From the human T2T-CHM13v2.0 reference genome, Homo sapiens, in assembly GCA_009914755.4 (NCBI GenBank), contig CP086569.2:22176001-22240000 (forward strand): DNA of 64,000 bases, read 5' to 3'. A model generated the notes under the pieces. The model searched no databases. It saw nothing but the letters and a program-made list of their open reading frames with translations, and was not told where the DNA came from. Numbering within the stretch: the first letter of the stretch is position 1; each line of letters opens with the position of its first letter. Shown here piece by piece: positions 24,100 to 36,370 of this stretch. A program made the translations under genes and the position numbers.

Positions 24100-26205
24100 T
24101 CCTGACAGGCTAGAAAGATGGGAAAATTCCCATTAAGGAAAAAAAGTCTCCAACATAGGGAATCAGGAAATAATCTCCACTCAGGAAAGAGACTAAAAAA
24201 AGGGAACCCAGCCAATGGATTCAAGGAAAACCCCACTCAGAAAGTAGCAAGGAAAAAATATGTTTAGCATAATCAGGGAAAAAAATCTTCATTGAGAATG
24301 ATACCCAACAGGACAATGAAGCCAAAAATGTCAGAGAATGAACCCCTCTTGGAAGGAAGAAGGGTATACAACACAGAACATAAAGCAATAATCCCAAACA
24401 TGAAGCAAAGCTGATAAAAAAAAGTTCCAGATTTGTAAATCAGGAAACAATTTCTAGTCAGATTAGAGAGCAAAGCAAGAGAGACTTGCAACCCCAGGGA
24501 GTCAGAGAATAATCATAAAAAAAAAGACAACCTGGGAAAAGAAAATGTCACCCTAGGAGACAGGGAATAATACCCAATAAAGAAAAAAAGCCAGGAAGAT
24601 GAGATTTCCAAATAATGTATCAGGAAATAATCCTCAGAAAATTGGAATAATCTGTAATAAGGGAAAAAAAGTTCAGAAAAACAAAAGAAGAAAATGTTCA
24701 TCTCTGGAGTCAGACAGTAATCCCTAGTAAGGGAAACACCAGGAGGAAAATACTTTTTGCACATTAGGAATAAATGTCGCTGGGGAAAGAGAGAGCCTAT
24801 AAGAAGGAACTTCTACCTAAGAAAGTTACAATAATCATTATTATTTTTTAAAGAGATAGAAAGAAGGATTTAAAACAAAGTCAGGGTATAATCCCCATCA
24901 GGGAATAGAGTCAGAAAGAAGAATTTTGAGCCCAAATGTCAGAGAAAAATTTCAAATCAGGAAAAAGAGTCAGGGGTGGCAAACTTCTATCCCAGGGAGC
25001 CAGGAAATAATCTTCAATCATGAAAAGAAGTAGAAAAACACTCTTTCACCAGAGAGCTTATTTAATATTTATCTCAGAGAAAAGAACAAAGGAAAAAAAA
25101 GAGGTTCAGTCCAAGGATTCAGAGAATAATACCAGTTTAGGCAGGGAACCAAGAAGAAGTGACTTTGAACTCAGAATCACATGAGAATTATTCTCACTTA
25201 GGAGAGAGAGACAATCAAGTAGTCAGAAAATTTTACCCGTTACCAAAGAGACAAGAAAGAAGAGATATCATATGCCAGAGAGTCAGAAAAGAGAGCTAAT
25301 AAGAAGTGACTTACAGCTCAGGGTGCCAGGGAATAAATTCCATTTGATAAGAGAGCCAGGAGGAATGTATTTCAAAGCAAGAAGTGAGAGAATAATTTTT
25401 ACTCAAGGAAGAGGTCTGGAAAGACATGATGTCCAATCAGGAAAATAATTTCTCTTACGAAACAGAGCCAGGAAAAACAGGTTTTCACTCCAGGAGTCAG
25501 AAAATTTCTACACAGGGAATAGAGACAGGAATTTTTTTTTTTCCTGCTCAGCAAAGAAGTCCAGAAATTTCCAAACCAGGAGTCCAGTCAAAAATCTTCA
25601 GAAAAACAATCAAAAACAAGAATTTTCTACCACAGGAGGCACAGAATACCTCACATTGAAGTAAAATAGCCAGAAAAAAGAGTACTATCCCAGAAATCCG
25701 GGAATAATTTATATTCAGATAAGACATCCCCTAAAAAAAAACTTCTGTCTTGTAAAGTCTGGGATTAGTCACCAATAAAACAACAGCAATGAAAATATAT
25801 GATGTTTACCACAGTCAGAGAATAATCCCTACTAGGTAAGGACAGAAAAGGTAGAAGGGACTTTCACTCCAGGAGTCAAGGAATAATTCCTACCAAGAGA
25901 TGATAGCAAAAAAAGACACTTTAAGCACAGAGAGTTAGGGAATAGTCCCTATTATGAAAACAAAGCAAGAAAAAAGACAAAAAGCTTTTAACCTATGTAG
26001 TAAGAAAATAATTCCCTACTCAGGGATATCAGGAAGTCAGGATTTCCTGACTTAAGCCCAGTGAGGCAGAAAATAATTTCTACTAGCAGGAGAGTCAGGA
26101 AGAATAGATATCCAACCTACATGCAAGGAAATGGGTTTCCTATTAAGAAAGACAGCAATGAAGAGGAGACTTTCAGATCAGGAGTAAAGGTCGGTCAAAT
26201 GTTCA

Positions 26206-26239
<34 letters not shown>

Positions 26240-26400
26240 AAAAAACAGTTAAATGGAGCTGACTTTCACACCAGTCTTGGAAGAAACATTTCACACTATA
26301 GAATATATTTCCGTCTCAAAACAGAGTATCATGATGAAGAGAATTACAGCCCAGGGGAGTTGTAACCAAGGTTGTAATCCCTACTCAAAGCAAACAAACA
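24100..26400 (+). repeat. Large degenerate AT-rich minisatellite-like array (about 45-55 bp unit, roughly 40 or more units) with an embedded 30 bp poly(A) at 26209-26238
   Basis: A recurring unit of the form [gactttcactccaggagtcagggaataatccctactaaggaaagagccaggaagaa] with variants (caggaaataatctccactcagg..., gtcagagaataatccctactaggtaagg..., gttagggaatagtccctattatg...); periodicity judged by eye. Confidence 0.6.
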
Positions 26401-26429
26401 AACAAGAATAAACCTTGTGGAGCCTAATG

Positions 26430-27300
26430 GGAAGGACATCAATCCCTGTGCCTTCTTCCCTGGCTTCCTTCAGTGATTAGGGAAAGCCTTTTTTTCTCTC
26501 CCCAGAAAGATGTTTGAAAGTCTTCAGAAGCGAGAAAAAAGGTCTCAACACTTCTAGTCCCTTCTTTCCTAACTTGCTTTAGTAATCTATTTGTGAAATC
26601 TCTCCCAGGAAGGAAACTAGAACAAATACTACTGAAAGCCTAAATGAGAAGAATGGCAATCACTGTGACTTCTTTCACATCCTTCAGTGTTTTCTGCAAT
26701 TGTTCTCTCAAAGTAGGCTAGAGACAGACCTCTGTGAGCCAAACACAGAGAGACAGCACTGCCCAAGGCATTTTCTCTGACTGGCTCCAGCAAAATTTCC
26801 TGCAGTCTCTATCTGGAAGGAGGCAGAGAGTTGGAATACTTCCAAACCTAAATGAGAATAAAAGCACTTCCCACACTCATTTCCATGGCTTACTCTAATA
26901 GCAAATTTCTGCCATCCCTCACTAGAGAAAATCAGTGAATTAGATCTCTGAAATCTTGAATGGAAGAGAGACAGCACTTCCCTTCTGTCACCAGACATAG
27001 CATGCTTGCTTCACAGGCTTGTTCTAGCAACAAGTCGCACCTGCTATTCTCCCTGGACATCAGTAAAGTATAAATGTGACAGTGAACACCTCTCAGACCT
27101 TCTTGGCTTCTTCTCTGTCTTGCCACAGCAAGAAATCTGACTTGCAGATTCTTCCTGGAAAAAACTTGTGTGACTTTGGCAATGCAGAATGAGAAAGCAG
27201 GCATGTCTGCAATACCTTCTCCCTGGCTTGCTCTGGTGAGGAATCAAGATCTGTAGACCTTCCCTGGAAGTAGCTTCTGCAAACATCATGTGTCACAAAT
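26430..27300 (+). repeat. Second degenerate periodic array (about 120-150 bp units, units beginning cttc(c/t)(c/t)..ggc..)
   Basis: Recurring blocks such as ctgtagaccttccctggaag..., ctcagaccttcttggcttcttctctgtcttgccacagcaag..., cagcacttcccttctgtcaccagac...; recurring ctaaatgagaa(g/t)aa...gca motif. Confidence 0.35.
26515..26712 (+). repeat. Left arm of a high-identity inverted repeat (partner 31046-31215)
   Basis: The reverse complement of 26518-26700 matches 31058-31210 with about 3 mismatches over about 155 bp (ggatgtgaaagaag(t/g)cacagtgattgccattcttctcatttaggctttcagtagtatttgttctagtttccttcc(t/a)gggagagatttcacaaatagattactaaagcaagttaggaaagaagggactagaagtgttgagacc). Confidence 0.8.
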
Positions 27301-28363
27301 TTTGCAGCCTATACCTAAAGGACTTGTGCTAAATTATTTACTTCTGTAAGTGAATGGGAATTTGTATTCTGAGTCTCCTATATCACAGAGAACAAGATTG
27401 TCAAAGTTGTAAATATTCAGTGGCCATGTGTGCAGATTCAGAGTGAGCATAATGAATGACTGCACAGGGGTCAGTCATGGACACTATTCTTGGCATAGGG
27501 CAGAACTAGTTGGACATAAACTCTGAATCTAAGCTTGTCCACACGTAAAATACATCTAATCCCTTTTAGCTACATATCATGGGGCTGGCCACTATCTTGC
27601 CTATGCCAAGGGAATATTATGATTTTGCACACCATACAATCCAGAGGGGCATAAGAAGAAAGACAGTGGGTTGGTTGGACAATCACAGAACTGAGTAGCA
27701 CCTGGAATCCCTGGTTGCACTGATAAGGAAATGAAATTTCCTACATAGGATGAGTTAAGGGAAACAGAGAAAGATGGTTATCTTCACTAACTTACAGAAA
27801 CCAACTCATAGTCAAGAAAAATGGAGCTGGTGGTAGTGGGTACGGGAGGGCAGGGCAGTGAGGGAGTGCAGTGGAGAGGAAAATACGTTCTGAGGTAAAG
27901 AACAAAAGAAATAAACAGAATTGGACTCTGATAAAATGAAAGTGTGTAATGTCCCTGACAGGGAAATCAAAACAGAAAGCTCTAAGGTATTACCATAAGT
28001 CTGGAGAGTAATGCATTTAAAAACTGAGAAGTTTAACAAAGAGGTAGAAAATATTTCAAGGTATCAAACAGAAATCAAAGAAGTAAAAACTACAGGAACT
28101 TAAGTCAAAAATTAAATAGATGGGTTGAACAGTAAACTGGTTCAAGCAGAACAAAGGATAAGCAAAATTAAGCCAAGTGTTTGAAAATAATCAAACTGGA
28201 GGATAAAACTGAAAGAGAAAAATAAGGAATCATGAAGACAGCCTAAGGAACTTATGGAACATTTTGAAGCAGGGTGATAATGTATGGAGTACTATAAGGA
28301 GAAGACAAAGATAAAAGGAGAGAAAAATAATTGACATATATTTTTAAACAAATAAAAAATAAA

Positions 28364-28713
<350 letters not shown>

Positions 28714-30707
28714 TCAAGACTCACCCTAACATCCTCCACGAGGATGGTCCAAAATAGCAAATAGATAACTATGCAATGAATCGAACATCTCTGAGAGAAT
28801 GCTGGAATTCAGCAGGGAAGTGACTGACTTTCTGAGACATGAAAACTGTGAATGGCAGCAGTATAGAGAGGGACCAACGCAGTCAGCTGGAATTGGCTCA
28901 AAACCAAAAGGAATTCTCTACTGTGGGGGCAAGAAAGACTGCATTTGCAACCCTAGATGCAGAGAATCCCCTTGGCCCTTTGAGGACAGCTTCTAAGCCT
29001 AATACAGAGACCTGCCTGACAACTACATTGTCCACACAACTACATTGTCCCAGAGAGGGAACTTACACAAGCCCCATGCCCACAAGGCCCACACTGCTGG
29101 TACATGGCTCAATATTGAGGGTGATAGGGCAAAAGGCTGTCTAGAACCTACATCAGAGAGCCTTTTGCCCAGGGGTCCAATATCCCCTGCATCTCCATGT
29201 CCTGGGTCCTTGCTGACATGCCCTCTTGTCCACACAGAGGTCCCAGTGTCACGATGTCAGCTGGATGCAGCAATGTGGCTGGGTCCATGGTAATAGAAAT
29301 CATGCAGCATCCTATATCCCAGGGAACAGACATTCCAGCATATTTGAGAGGCTGCCTCAAAACATAGGGAACAAAAATGCGTGATCCATAGAGCATGGGA
29401 AATACCTGCCTGAGGATGCTGCCACTGAGGCACCAACTCCTCCCAACCCCTCAGCAGCAAGACAACCACACACCAGTAAGTGTCACATCAGGACCCACAA
29501 CCCAGAACCTAAGGTGCTACTGCAACTATAGGCACCCATATGTACCACATGGGGGAATGAAGACTGGCCTACCTAGCCCACAGCCACTACAGTGGGCCCT
29601 TCCATGCTGCCTGGGACCCCTAAGACTGACCTGCCCAATGCTGCTGCCACAGCTTGTTTCTTCTGATGTTATCCAGGAGCCTGAGTACAGGACTGCCCAG
29701 CACACCAAACCCCAGCAATGTTTCACCACAGGCTTTAAAACAACTATAACCTAAGCCATTAAGGCACTCTCATACATTTGTGGTATTGAGAATAGCTAAA
29801 GAAATAATACGAAGACCATGCTGTGCTACTTACCCAGAAGCAAAGTCAAAGTACTCTGCCCAATCAACATTATAGATGCATGTACAGGGAATAGTTTTGT
29901 TCCAGTGCTTTCTTTTAAGCTTCAGATAATATTCTCACATGGATATGCAGATTAACAGCCAGCAGAAGGCCTGCATGAACTCTTTTGCCTCTCTGGGGTT
30001 TTCTTTTTGTGTAAGTCCTCTTTTATTTTCTGGCATTTTGTTCTACAGATTCTAGCTTTCTTGATATAGTTGAACTCTGATTTTAGTCTTCTCAATCTAG
30101 TAACACCCCCTAAGTTATGGCCTGGTGATAAGTAGGGTTCATCCTTACACTGTCTTTGTTCATCTTTTCTGAGAAATTATTGTTTGGTGCTGCCTGGAAT
30201 TGAATGTAGAAAAATCTTTGGTTCATATTTCTCTCTAGTTTTATACTTATTTAACCTGGCAGGGTAAATATGGTCCCCATTACCCCATTATGGTTAGTGG
30301 CATAACAGGGGCCATGGAAGGCTTTCAGAAGTCATTTTTGAAGACTCAGTGCAAATTCGGTTTGCATAATGAACTTAGATAAAATACAGCCAAGAAAATA
30401 ATGTTAGCAGAAACCAGGCCCTATAGAAATCTTTTTAGTAAGTTATTATGCTCAGACTTAAAAGAATAAAAAAACAGACCAAAGGGTAAAATATACATAT
30501 TCTAACTTTAATCTGGGGTATTAAAATTATTCAGACAGTTGTGCAAATAAAATTCAAATATAGTTGAAACATTTATATAAGCTTGTCTATATACTACTTT
30601 CTGTGTCAAAGGAATACATACAGATAAACATTTCAGAAAGAACCTAAAAAGTGGCTTATTATATTCTCAAAAATTTCCACATTTATTTCATTGTATTTTA
30701 CATTTTT

Positions 30708-30967
30708 CAAAGAGTCCGGTTCTCTGGCCCACGCTAGAGTGCAATGGCGCGATCTTGGCTCTCTGCAACCTCTACCTCCTGGAGTCAATTCTCCTGCCTC
30801 CTGAGTAGCTGGGACTACAGGCATATGCCGCCAGACCTGGCAAAATTTTTTGTATTTTTAGTAAAGCTGGGCTTTCACCATGTTGGCCTGGCTGGTCTCA
30901 TTTGAGATACACCGGCCTCAGCCTCCCAAAGTGCTGGGATTACAGGTGTGAACAACTTTGTCTGGCT
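30708..30967 (-). mobile_element. Alu (lacks poly-T head, internal small deletions)
   Basis: agagtccggttctctggcccacgctagagtgcaatggcgcgatcttggctctctgcaacctctacctcc...cctcccaaagtgctgggattacaggtgtgaacaactttgtctggc. Confidence 0.85.
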
Positions 30968-31045
30968 TAAAAAAAAAAAAGAAACACATTTTAAAATAAA
31001 ATAGAATACAAATTATTATGGACATTACAATTTTTATATCTTGTA

Positions 31046-31215
31046 TAATCACTGAAGGATGTGAAAGAAGGCACAGTGATTGCCATTCTTCTCATTTAGG
31101 CTTTCAGTAGTATTTGTTCTAGTTTCCTTCCAGGGAGAGATTTCACAAATAGATTACTAAAGCAAGTTAGGAAAGAAGGGACTAGAAGTGTTGAGACCTT
31201 TCTTCTCGCCTTCCC
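31046..31215 (-). repeat. Right arm of the inverted repeat (partner 26515-26712)
   Basis: See 26515-26712; homology ends sharply at both edges (cactgaaggatg... on one side, ...cttctcg on the other). Confidence 0.8.
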
Positions 31216-32351
31216 TGTATTGTATTGTATATAGGAATCAATTTTTCAAAATCAGAAAATGTGATTCACTTCTGGGGATTCTAGGCATATTAGATATTTT
31301 TACCAGTTGTATTTACTATGGGGAAAAGAGCTAGACAGAGAAATTCTGTGACTTAATCCAGCTAGTCTATGAGTACATAGGACAACCCCATAATCTAATA
31401 AAATTGCATTGACTTGTTACAGTAAGGTCAACCATGCCTGTGGGGCAACTAAAGTAATAAAACTAGGTACTGTAAGATTTTTGGGAAAGGTGGTGAACAG
31501 ATATTTAAACAGAACAGACTTTCAATAGGTTCAAGGTAAAGTACACCTATGTATGAAAGGCCAAAATATCATGTTTAGACTGTGAGAGAACCCAGTGTCT
31601 CTTCCTTGTAGATCACAAGTTGACATTTGTGTGGAATTTTGAGTGCAAATGCTTGTTATTTGAAGCTATGCACCTAAACTGGAAATCAGTTTTTCTTCTG
31701 TGGAAAGTGACATAAATCAGCCAGGCAAGATGTCCTAAATTTTATCTTCACTGATAACATTTCAAACAGCAAATACTCTGTTTATAATTTTAGACCATAA
31801 AGTTTGTCAGTGAGTAAGAAAGCAGAAGTCATGGAGATGATAATTTTTGTGACCCTTTATATCTGTGCTCAGACATTGGCAGAAATATTGATTTCCATTA
31901 AGTCGGGAGCTGGCTTTTCAGTTCTTCTCCCCTCAGCGTGACGGATTGAGATGGTGGATTTTCACCTTCTCAGCTTCGTTTTACCTTCTATCCTGTTAGA
32001 ATGTACATATCTCAGCATTATTGCTATTTCCAGTAACAAAGCTGAACTTGCTTGTTTATACTATAGACAATTTAAAGTAAAGAAAACTACCACATTAGCT
32101 TCTACATTTCAAAGTAAAACTAAGTAAAATTTGGTCATTTTTTATTACCATGTCTGTATACTTTTACTGCATTTGTATATGCAATTTGATGTAAGTAATT
32201 CAAAGTTAACATTACTATTAATGGTATTGACTATGGATGCTCTTTTTTCTATTGGCCCTTTTTTTTGTTCACACTTAGGCAATTTCCTACATTTTGCTAC
32301 TAAATATTTTTTCAGATAACTTTCTTCTGCATTCCTACTTTCCTAATGTAC

Positions 32352-32822
32352 AAGGAAACTTGTAAGTAGGGATTTTAAGTTGGTAGTCATACAGCAACAC
32401 ACATGTACATTTGTACGTGTTTAATATAAACAGACCAGTAAGAGAATATAAAGAGCAAAATAAAACAAGTAAATATTGCCCAGTTCTCAAATGAAGAAAC
32501 CAGTCTTCATGGCAAAATCTTTAGCATGAAGTCATATGCCACTCTACAAAATAAACAATGGTCCAGAGCTTGTAACCCAGCACTTTCGGGTGTAAGTAGG
32601 GATTTTAAGTTGGTAGTCATACAGCAACACACATGTACACTTGTACATGTTTAATATAAACAGACCAGTTAGAGACTATAAAGAGCAAAATAAAACAAGT
32701 AAATATTGCCCAGTTCTCAAATGAAGAAACTAGTCTTCATGGCAAAATCTTTAGCATGAAGTCATATGCCACTCTACAAAATAAACAATGGTTCAAGCTT
32801 GTAACCCAGCACTTTCGGAGGC
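32352..32822 (+). repeat. Direct tandem duplication of a roughly 236 bp unit (32352-32588 and 32589-32822) that includes the first 21 bp of the downstream Alu
   Basis: gtaagtagggattttaagttggtagtcatacagcaacacacatgtaca(t/c)ttgtac(g/a)tgtttaatataaacagaccagt(a/t)agaga(a/c)tataaagagcaaaataaaacaagtaaatattgcccagttctcaaatgaagaaac(c/t)agtcttcatggcaaaatctttagcatgaagtcatatgccactctacaaaataaacaatgg...cttgtaacccagcactttcgg appears twice in tandem. Confidence 0.85.
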
Positions 32823-33065
32823 CGAGAAAGTCAGAGCACTGTAGATGAGGAGTTCAAGACCAGCCTGGCCAACACCAGGAAACCCCATCTCTGCCAAAAA
32901 TATGAAAATTAGCCGGACATGGTGTTGCATGCCTGTAGTACCTTAACTTGGGAGGCTGAGGCGTGATAATTGTTTGAACCCAGGAGGCTGAGTCTACAGT
33001 GAGCTGAGACTGCACCATGTACCCTAGCCTGGGTGACAGAGCGAGACTTCAGCTCAAAAATAAAT
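32797..33065 (+). mobile_element. Alu (5' end slightly truncated or altered) with a short A-rich tail
   Basis: cttgtaacccagcactttcggaggccgagaaagtcagagcactgtagatgaggagttcaagaccagcctggccaacaccaggaaaccccatctctgccaaaaatatgaaaattagccggacatggtg...ctagcctgggtgacagagcgagacttcagctcaaaaataaat. Confidence 0.85.
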
Positions 33066-33071
33066 ATGAAA

Positions 33072-33178
33072 GTAAACATGTATACATATGTAACAAACCT
33101 GCACATTGTACATATGTACCCTGGAACTTAAAGTATAATAAATAAATAAATATATATATATATATATAAATAAAATAG
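33072..33178 (+). mobile_element. L1 extreme 3'-end fragment plus (TA)n/(AAAT)n tail
   Basis: catgtatacatatgtaacaaacctgcacattgtacatatgtaccctggaacttaaagtataataaataaataaatatatatatatatatataaataaaa. Confidence 0.5.
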
Positions 33179-33212
33179 ACATGGTATCCTTCACGTCAGG
33201 CTGTTATCATAT

Positions 33213-33385
33213 TTTCTTTCTTTTTTTTTTTTTTAAGACAGTGTCTCACTCTGTTGTCCACACTGGATTGCATTGGCATCATCATAGCTCACTGCAGGCT
33301 TGAACTCCTGAGTTCAAATGCTCGGGTCTCCCATTTCAGCCTCCTTAGTAGCTGGAATTACAGGCACACACAACCATGTGCAGTG
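33213..33385 (-). mobile_element. Alu fragment (3' half, old)
   Basis: ttttctttcttttttttttttttaagacagtgtctcactctgttgtccacactggattgcattggcatcatcatagctcactgcaggcttgaactcctgagttcaaatgctcgggtctcccatttcagcctccttagtagctggaattacaggcacacac. Confidence 0.65.
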
Positions 33386-35454
33386 TGTGTGGGGGTTCTT
33401 TTTGTTTGTGAACTATATTTTCTTTTGAATCACATCTTTTTAGAACCCAGTCTTTATGTTCATTATTTTAGTTAAACTCTGTTTCAACTGCAATGCGCTT
33501 CTATATTAACTTTTGTTTTTTCATGGGGTAGCATGGGATACACTTTCCAAGCTCTGGTATATGTAAAGTTGTCTTTCCACTAATTTTCCATGAGTTTGAA
33601 AATTTAGGTGTATGAAATTTTGGGTCAGGCCATATTTTTTACCAAGAATTCTTTAGACATTGCCAAATATTCTGGAGTTTTTTTTATAGAACAGACATGT
33701 GAGGCCGATTTGACCAGTGACTTCTATTCAGGAAAATTCTTAATTTATTTTTATAAGATTTTTTAACACATTAAATTCAAAAATTTGACCAGGATAAGCT
33801 CAATGCCTCTCCCAGTTTATATAAGTGAGGTTAACACAAGACCATTGTGTACTCTGCTGTTTGTTTATGCCATTAATTTACCTTGCTGAATGATCACTAC
33901 CTGTTGACCTGCCTCCCTCCTTGCCTCCTCATAGACTCCACTTACCTCTTCAGCCACATTAATGTTGGCTTTTTAAATGTTGTATCTTTAGCATGTTGCA
34001 CAGTGCTTGATACAGCATAACTCTCAATAAATATTTGTTGAGGGGATGAGTAAGCCAGCAAATATAAACCTTTCATAAAATTCCAGAATTTGACACCATT
34101 TTTGTAAGTGAAGTTGAATGCAATCCATGGGATAGACATGTTTAAGAATGATAATTAAGAGTCTATATATTTTTAAATAAAAAATTGAAAGATGATTAAA
34201 ATATTGGTGTGAAAATTAAAAACATTATTTGATGTTATTTAATAATATTTGATAGCACATTATCAAATATTATGAATGAATTCAAGTTGCCTTATCTTTA
34301 GTGCATCTATTGACTCTTTCATGGATGTTTACTTCATTATGGTAACTTTTAGTGATTTCTGATGCTATGTTTATTCCTAGTAGGCACTGTCTTTTCTGGG
34401 AGCAACCTGCATTTTGGATGCTAGTGCACACATGCGTTTCCATTTTACCTCTGAGAGGAGGCAAAATTTATTCTCAATGCAGTAGATGCCCATCCATAAA
34501 GTAAAAGTTCTAATTGAGTTGCATGTGGGTAGGCTTGTGTTCCAGTTGCTGACAGGCCTCTCTCTCCCACACTACCCCCAAGTGACATGCAGAAGGAACG
34601 CTGCCAATGCCATTTTCCAGTAGAATAACCAGATCATGTTTCACAGTTCTGAGTTTATATGGAGGTTTTGTGCCTTTCAACTTATGAGAACCTCATCTTG
34701 CACCCTTAGTTTGGAATCAGAACCCATGATATCACCCTGCAAAGTGTAAATTTGTGTTGAAAAACAGTAAGTCCACCTTGGCTTCAGCTCTAGCTTACTG
34801 CATGGGCTTTATGATCCTGCTTCATATCCCATGTGTGATTTTTTTGAGTTCTATTAAAACTATTAATATTTAATAGTTTTCATTTACACAGCATCCTTAG
34901 GTTTTTGGAGGAGAAGTTCACTCTGCTGTGTCAAATGGACATGTTTACATTTCCAGGGTCTTCCCAAATCTGTGGGACATGGTGGTGCCTCCTGAATTCA
35001 CCATTAAATGAATAAAGCAAGTGTGAATATGCTATGAGAGTCATAATGCCGACGTTCATTCAGAGAGTAGACAATAGAACCCAAAACGTTTCAGGAAAAA
35101 TAATAAGAAATAATGGGAAAGGGGAGAGTATAAAACAGCCGACAACCCAACACTAAGGAATAATTTCTGTGACTTGCAAAAACTTCCTGAGACCAGATTT
35201 ATGTAGGAAAGTATTTTTAAAGTCACCAGAATGAACCTAGTTTTGCCATGTGATGCTTTCATTTTTTCATTTTATTAAGGTTCTATAACTCTTCACTAAA
35301 TACATGCTATAAAACTTCTGCCCAATCAAAGAAAGATGTCATCAAAAATAAATAGTTTGGAATAGTGAAAATACCATCTAATGCAAATTTCTGGTAGCAA
35401 ATTCCTTTCTGTAACACCCCTGGCTTGACAAATTTGGATCATGCCACACATGAA

Positions 35455-35473
35455 TTTTTTTTTTTTTTTTTTT
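35455..35473 (+). repeat. Poly(T)19
   Basis: Homopolymer run. Confidence 0.7.
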
Positions 35474-36246
35474 GGCAATAATGTTAGTTCTCTCCCAAAT
35501 AGAAACTTCGTGTTGACACCTTTCCAGAAGTACCCGTGCTGGCTAATTCTTTAAAAAATGTCTTTCATTGTTCAAAGAAAAGAAAACATTGAACGTATTT
35601 CTCTGTGTATTTATTTTCCATTTGATAAAAAAATTAGTTTAACCAACTAGGACATGCATTCCATTCTCTCAGCCCCTGTGGTAACAGAGCTTTTTTTTTT
35701 CATCTGCATTTGCTAAATATATTATGAATGGCAGGACAGTAGTTGCTAGGAAAGTAGATTATAAAGATAAATGTAAGAAGCATTATGTTATTTCCCCAAA
35801 GAGTTTCAAATGTGCCTTTTTGCCTCCTATATCCCATAAAAACAAGGACAACTATACCAGCTGCTCTGTACTGTCAGAAGCATGATATTTCTTCTTCTTC
35901 TAGCACCAGCCACCACTCCCAAAGGAAAGAAAGTCTCCCAAGCCTGAAGTAAACAGGTGGAGCTTTCACCAGTGCTACAGATAAAACAATAGGACCTGAT
36001 AACTCTCTGCTGACAGTGTTTTTCCATTAAAAAAAATAAATAAAGTATAAAAGACATGAAATTCAGACATTAAAAACAGTTCTTTGGATATTAAAAATTG
36101 TAGTTTTCTGATATTTTTTAACAGTTATATCTGTTTCTTTGGCAATGTTTCACTCAGCAGGAGTGAAAACAAAGAGACTTAACTCCTTACAAGACTGAAT
36201 AATACATGGATTACTCGCTTCCATTAATATGAACACTTTCTTTTGT

Positions 36247-36370
36247 GTTATTGCATTTTTGTACAATGTAATAACACAAAGGGAACTAGTGTTATTGCAT
36301 TGTACAAAATGCACTGTACAAAATACATTGTACAAAATTGTGTTATTGCATTGTACACAATTTACAATGT
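36247..36370 (+). repeat. Short degenerate tandem repeat (gtgttattgcattgtacaaaat-type units)
   Basis: ttattgcatttttgtacaatgtaataacacaaa...gtgttattgcattgtacaaaatgcactgtacaaaatacattgtacaaaattgtgttattgcattgtacacaatttacaatgtg. Confidence 0.5.

Noticed and set aside
23979-27300. Considered whether the periodic arrays could be a CRISPR-like repeat-spacer structure or another prokaryote-type system
   Set aside because: The sequence context is unambiguously primate (Alu, L1, ERV, spliced RBMY homolog). Unit lengths are irregular and the units themselves are degenerate, with no spacer/repeat alternation.
30969-30981. A12 run immediately after the 5' end of a minus-strand Alu (the wrong side for its tail)
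   Set aside because: It is most likely an unrelated homopolymer or the tail of an undetected upstream element, not a feature of this Alu.
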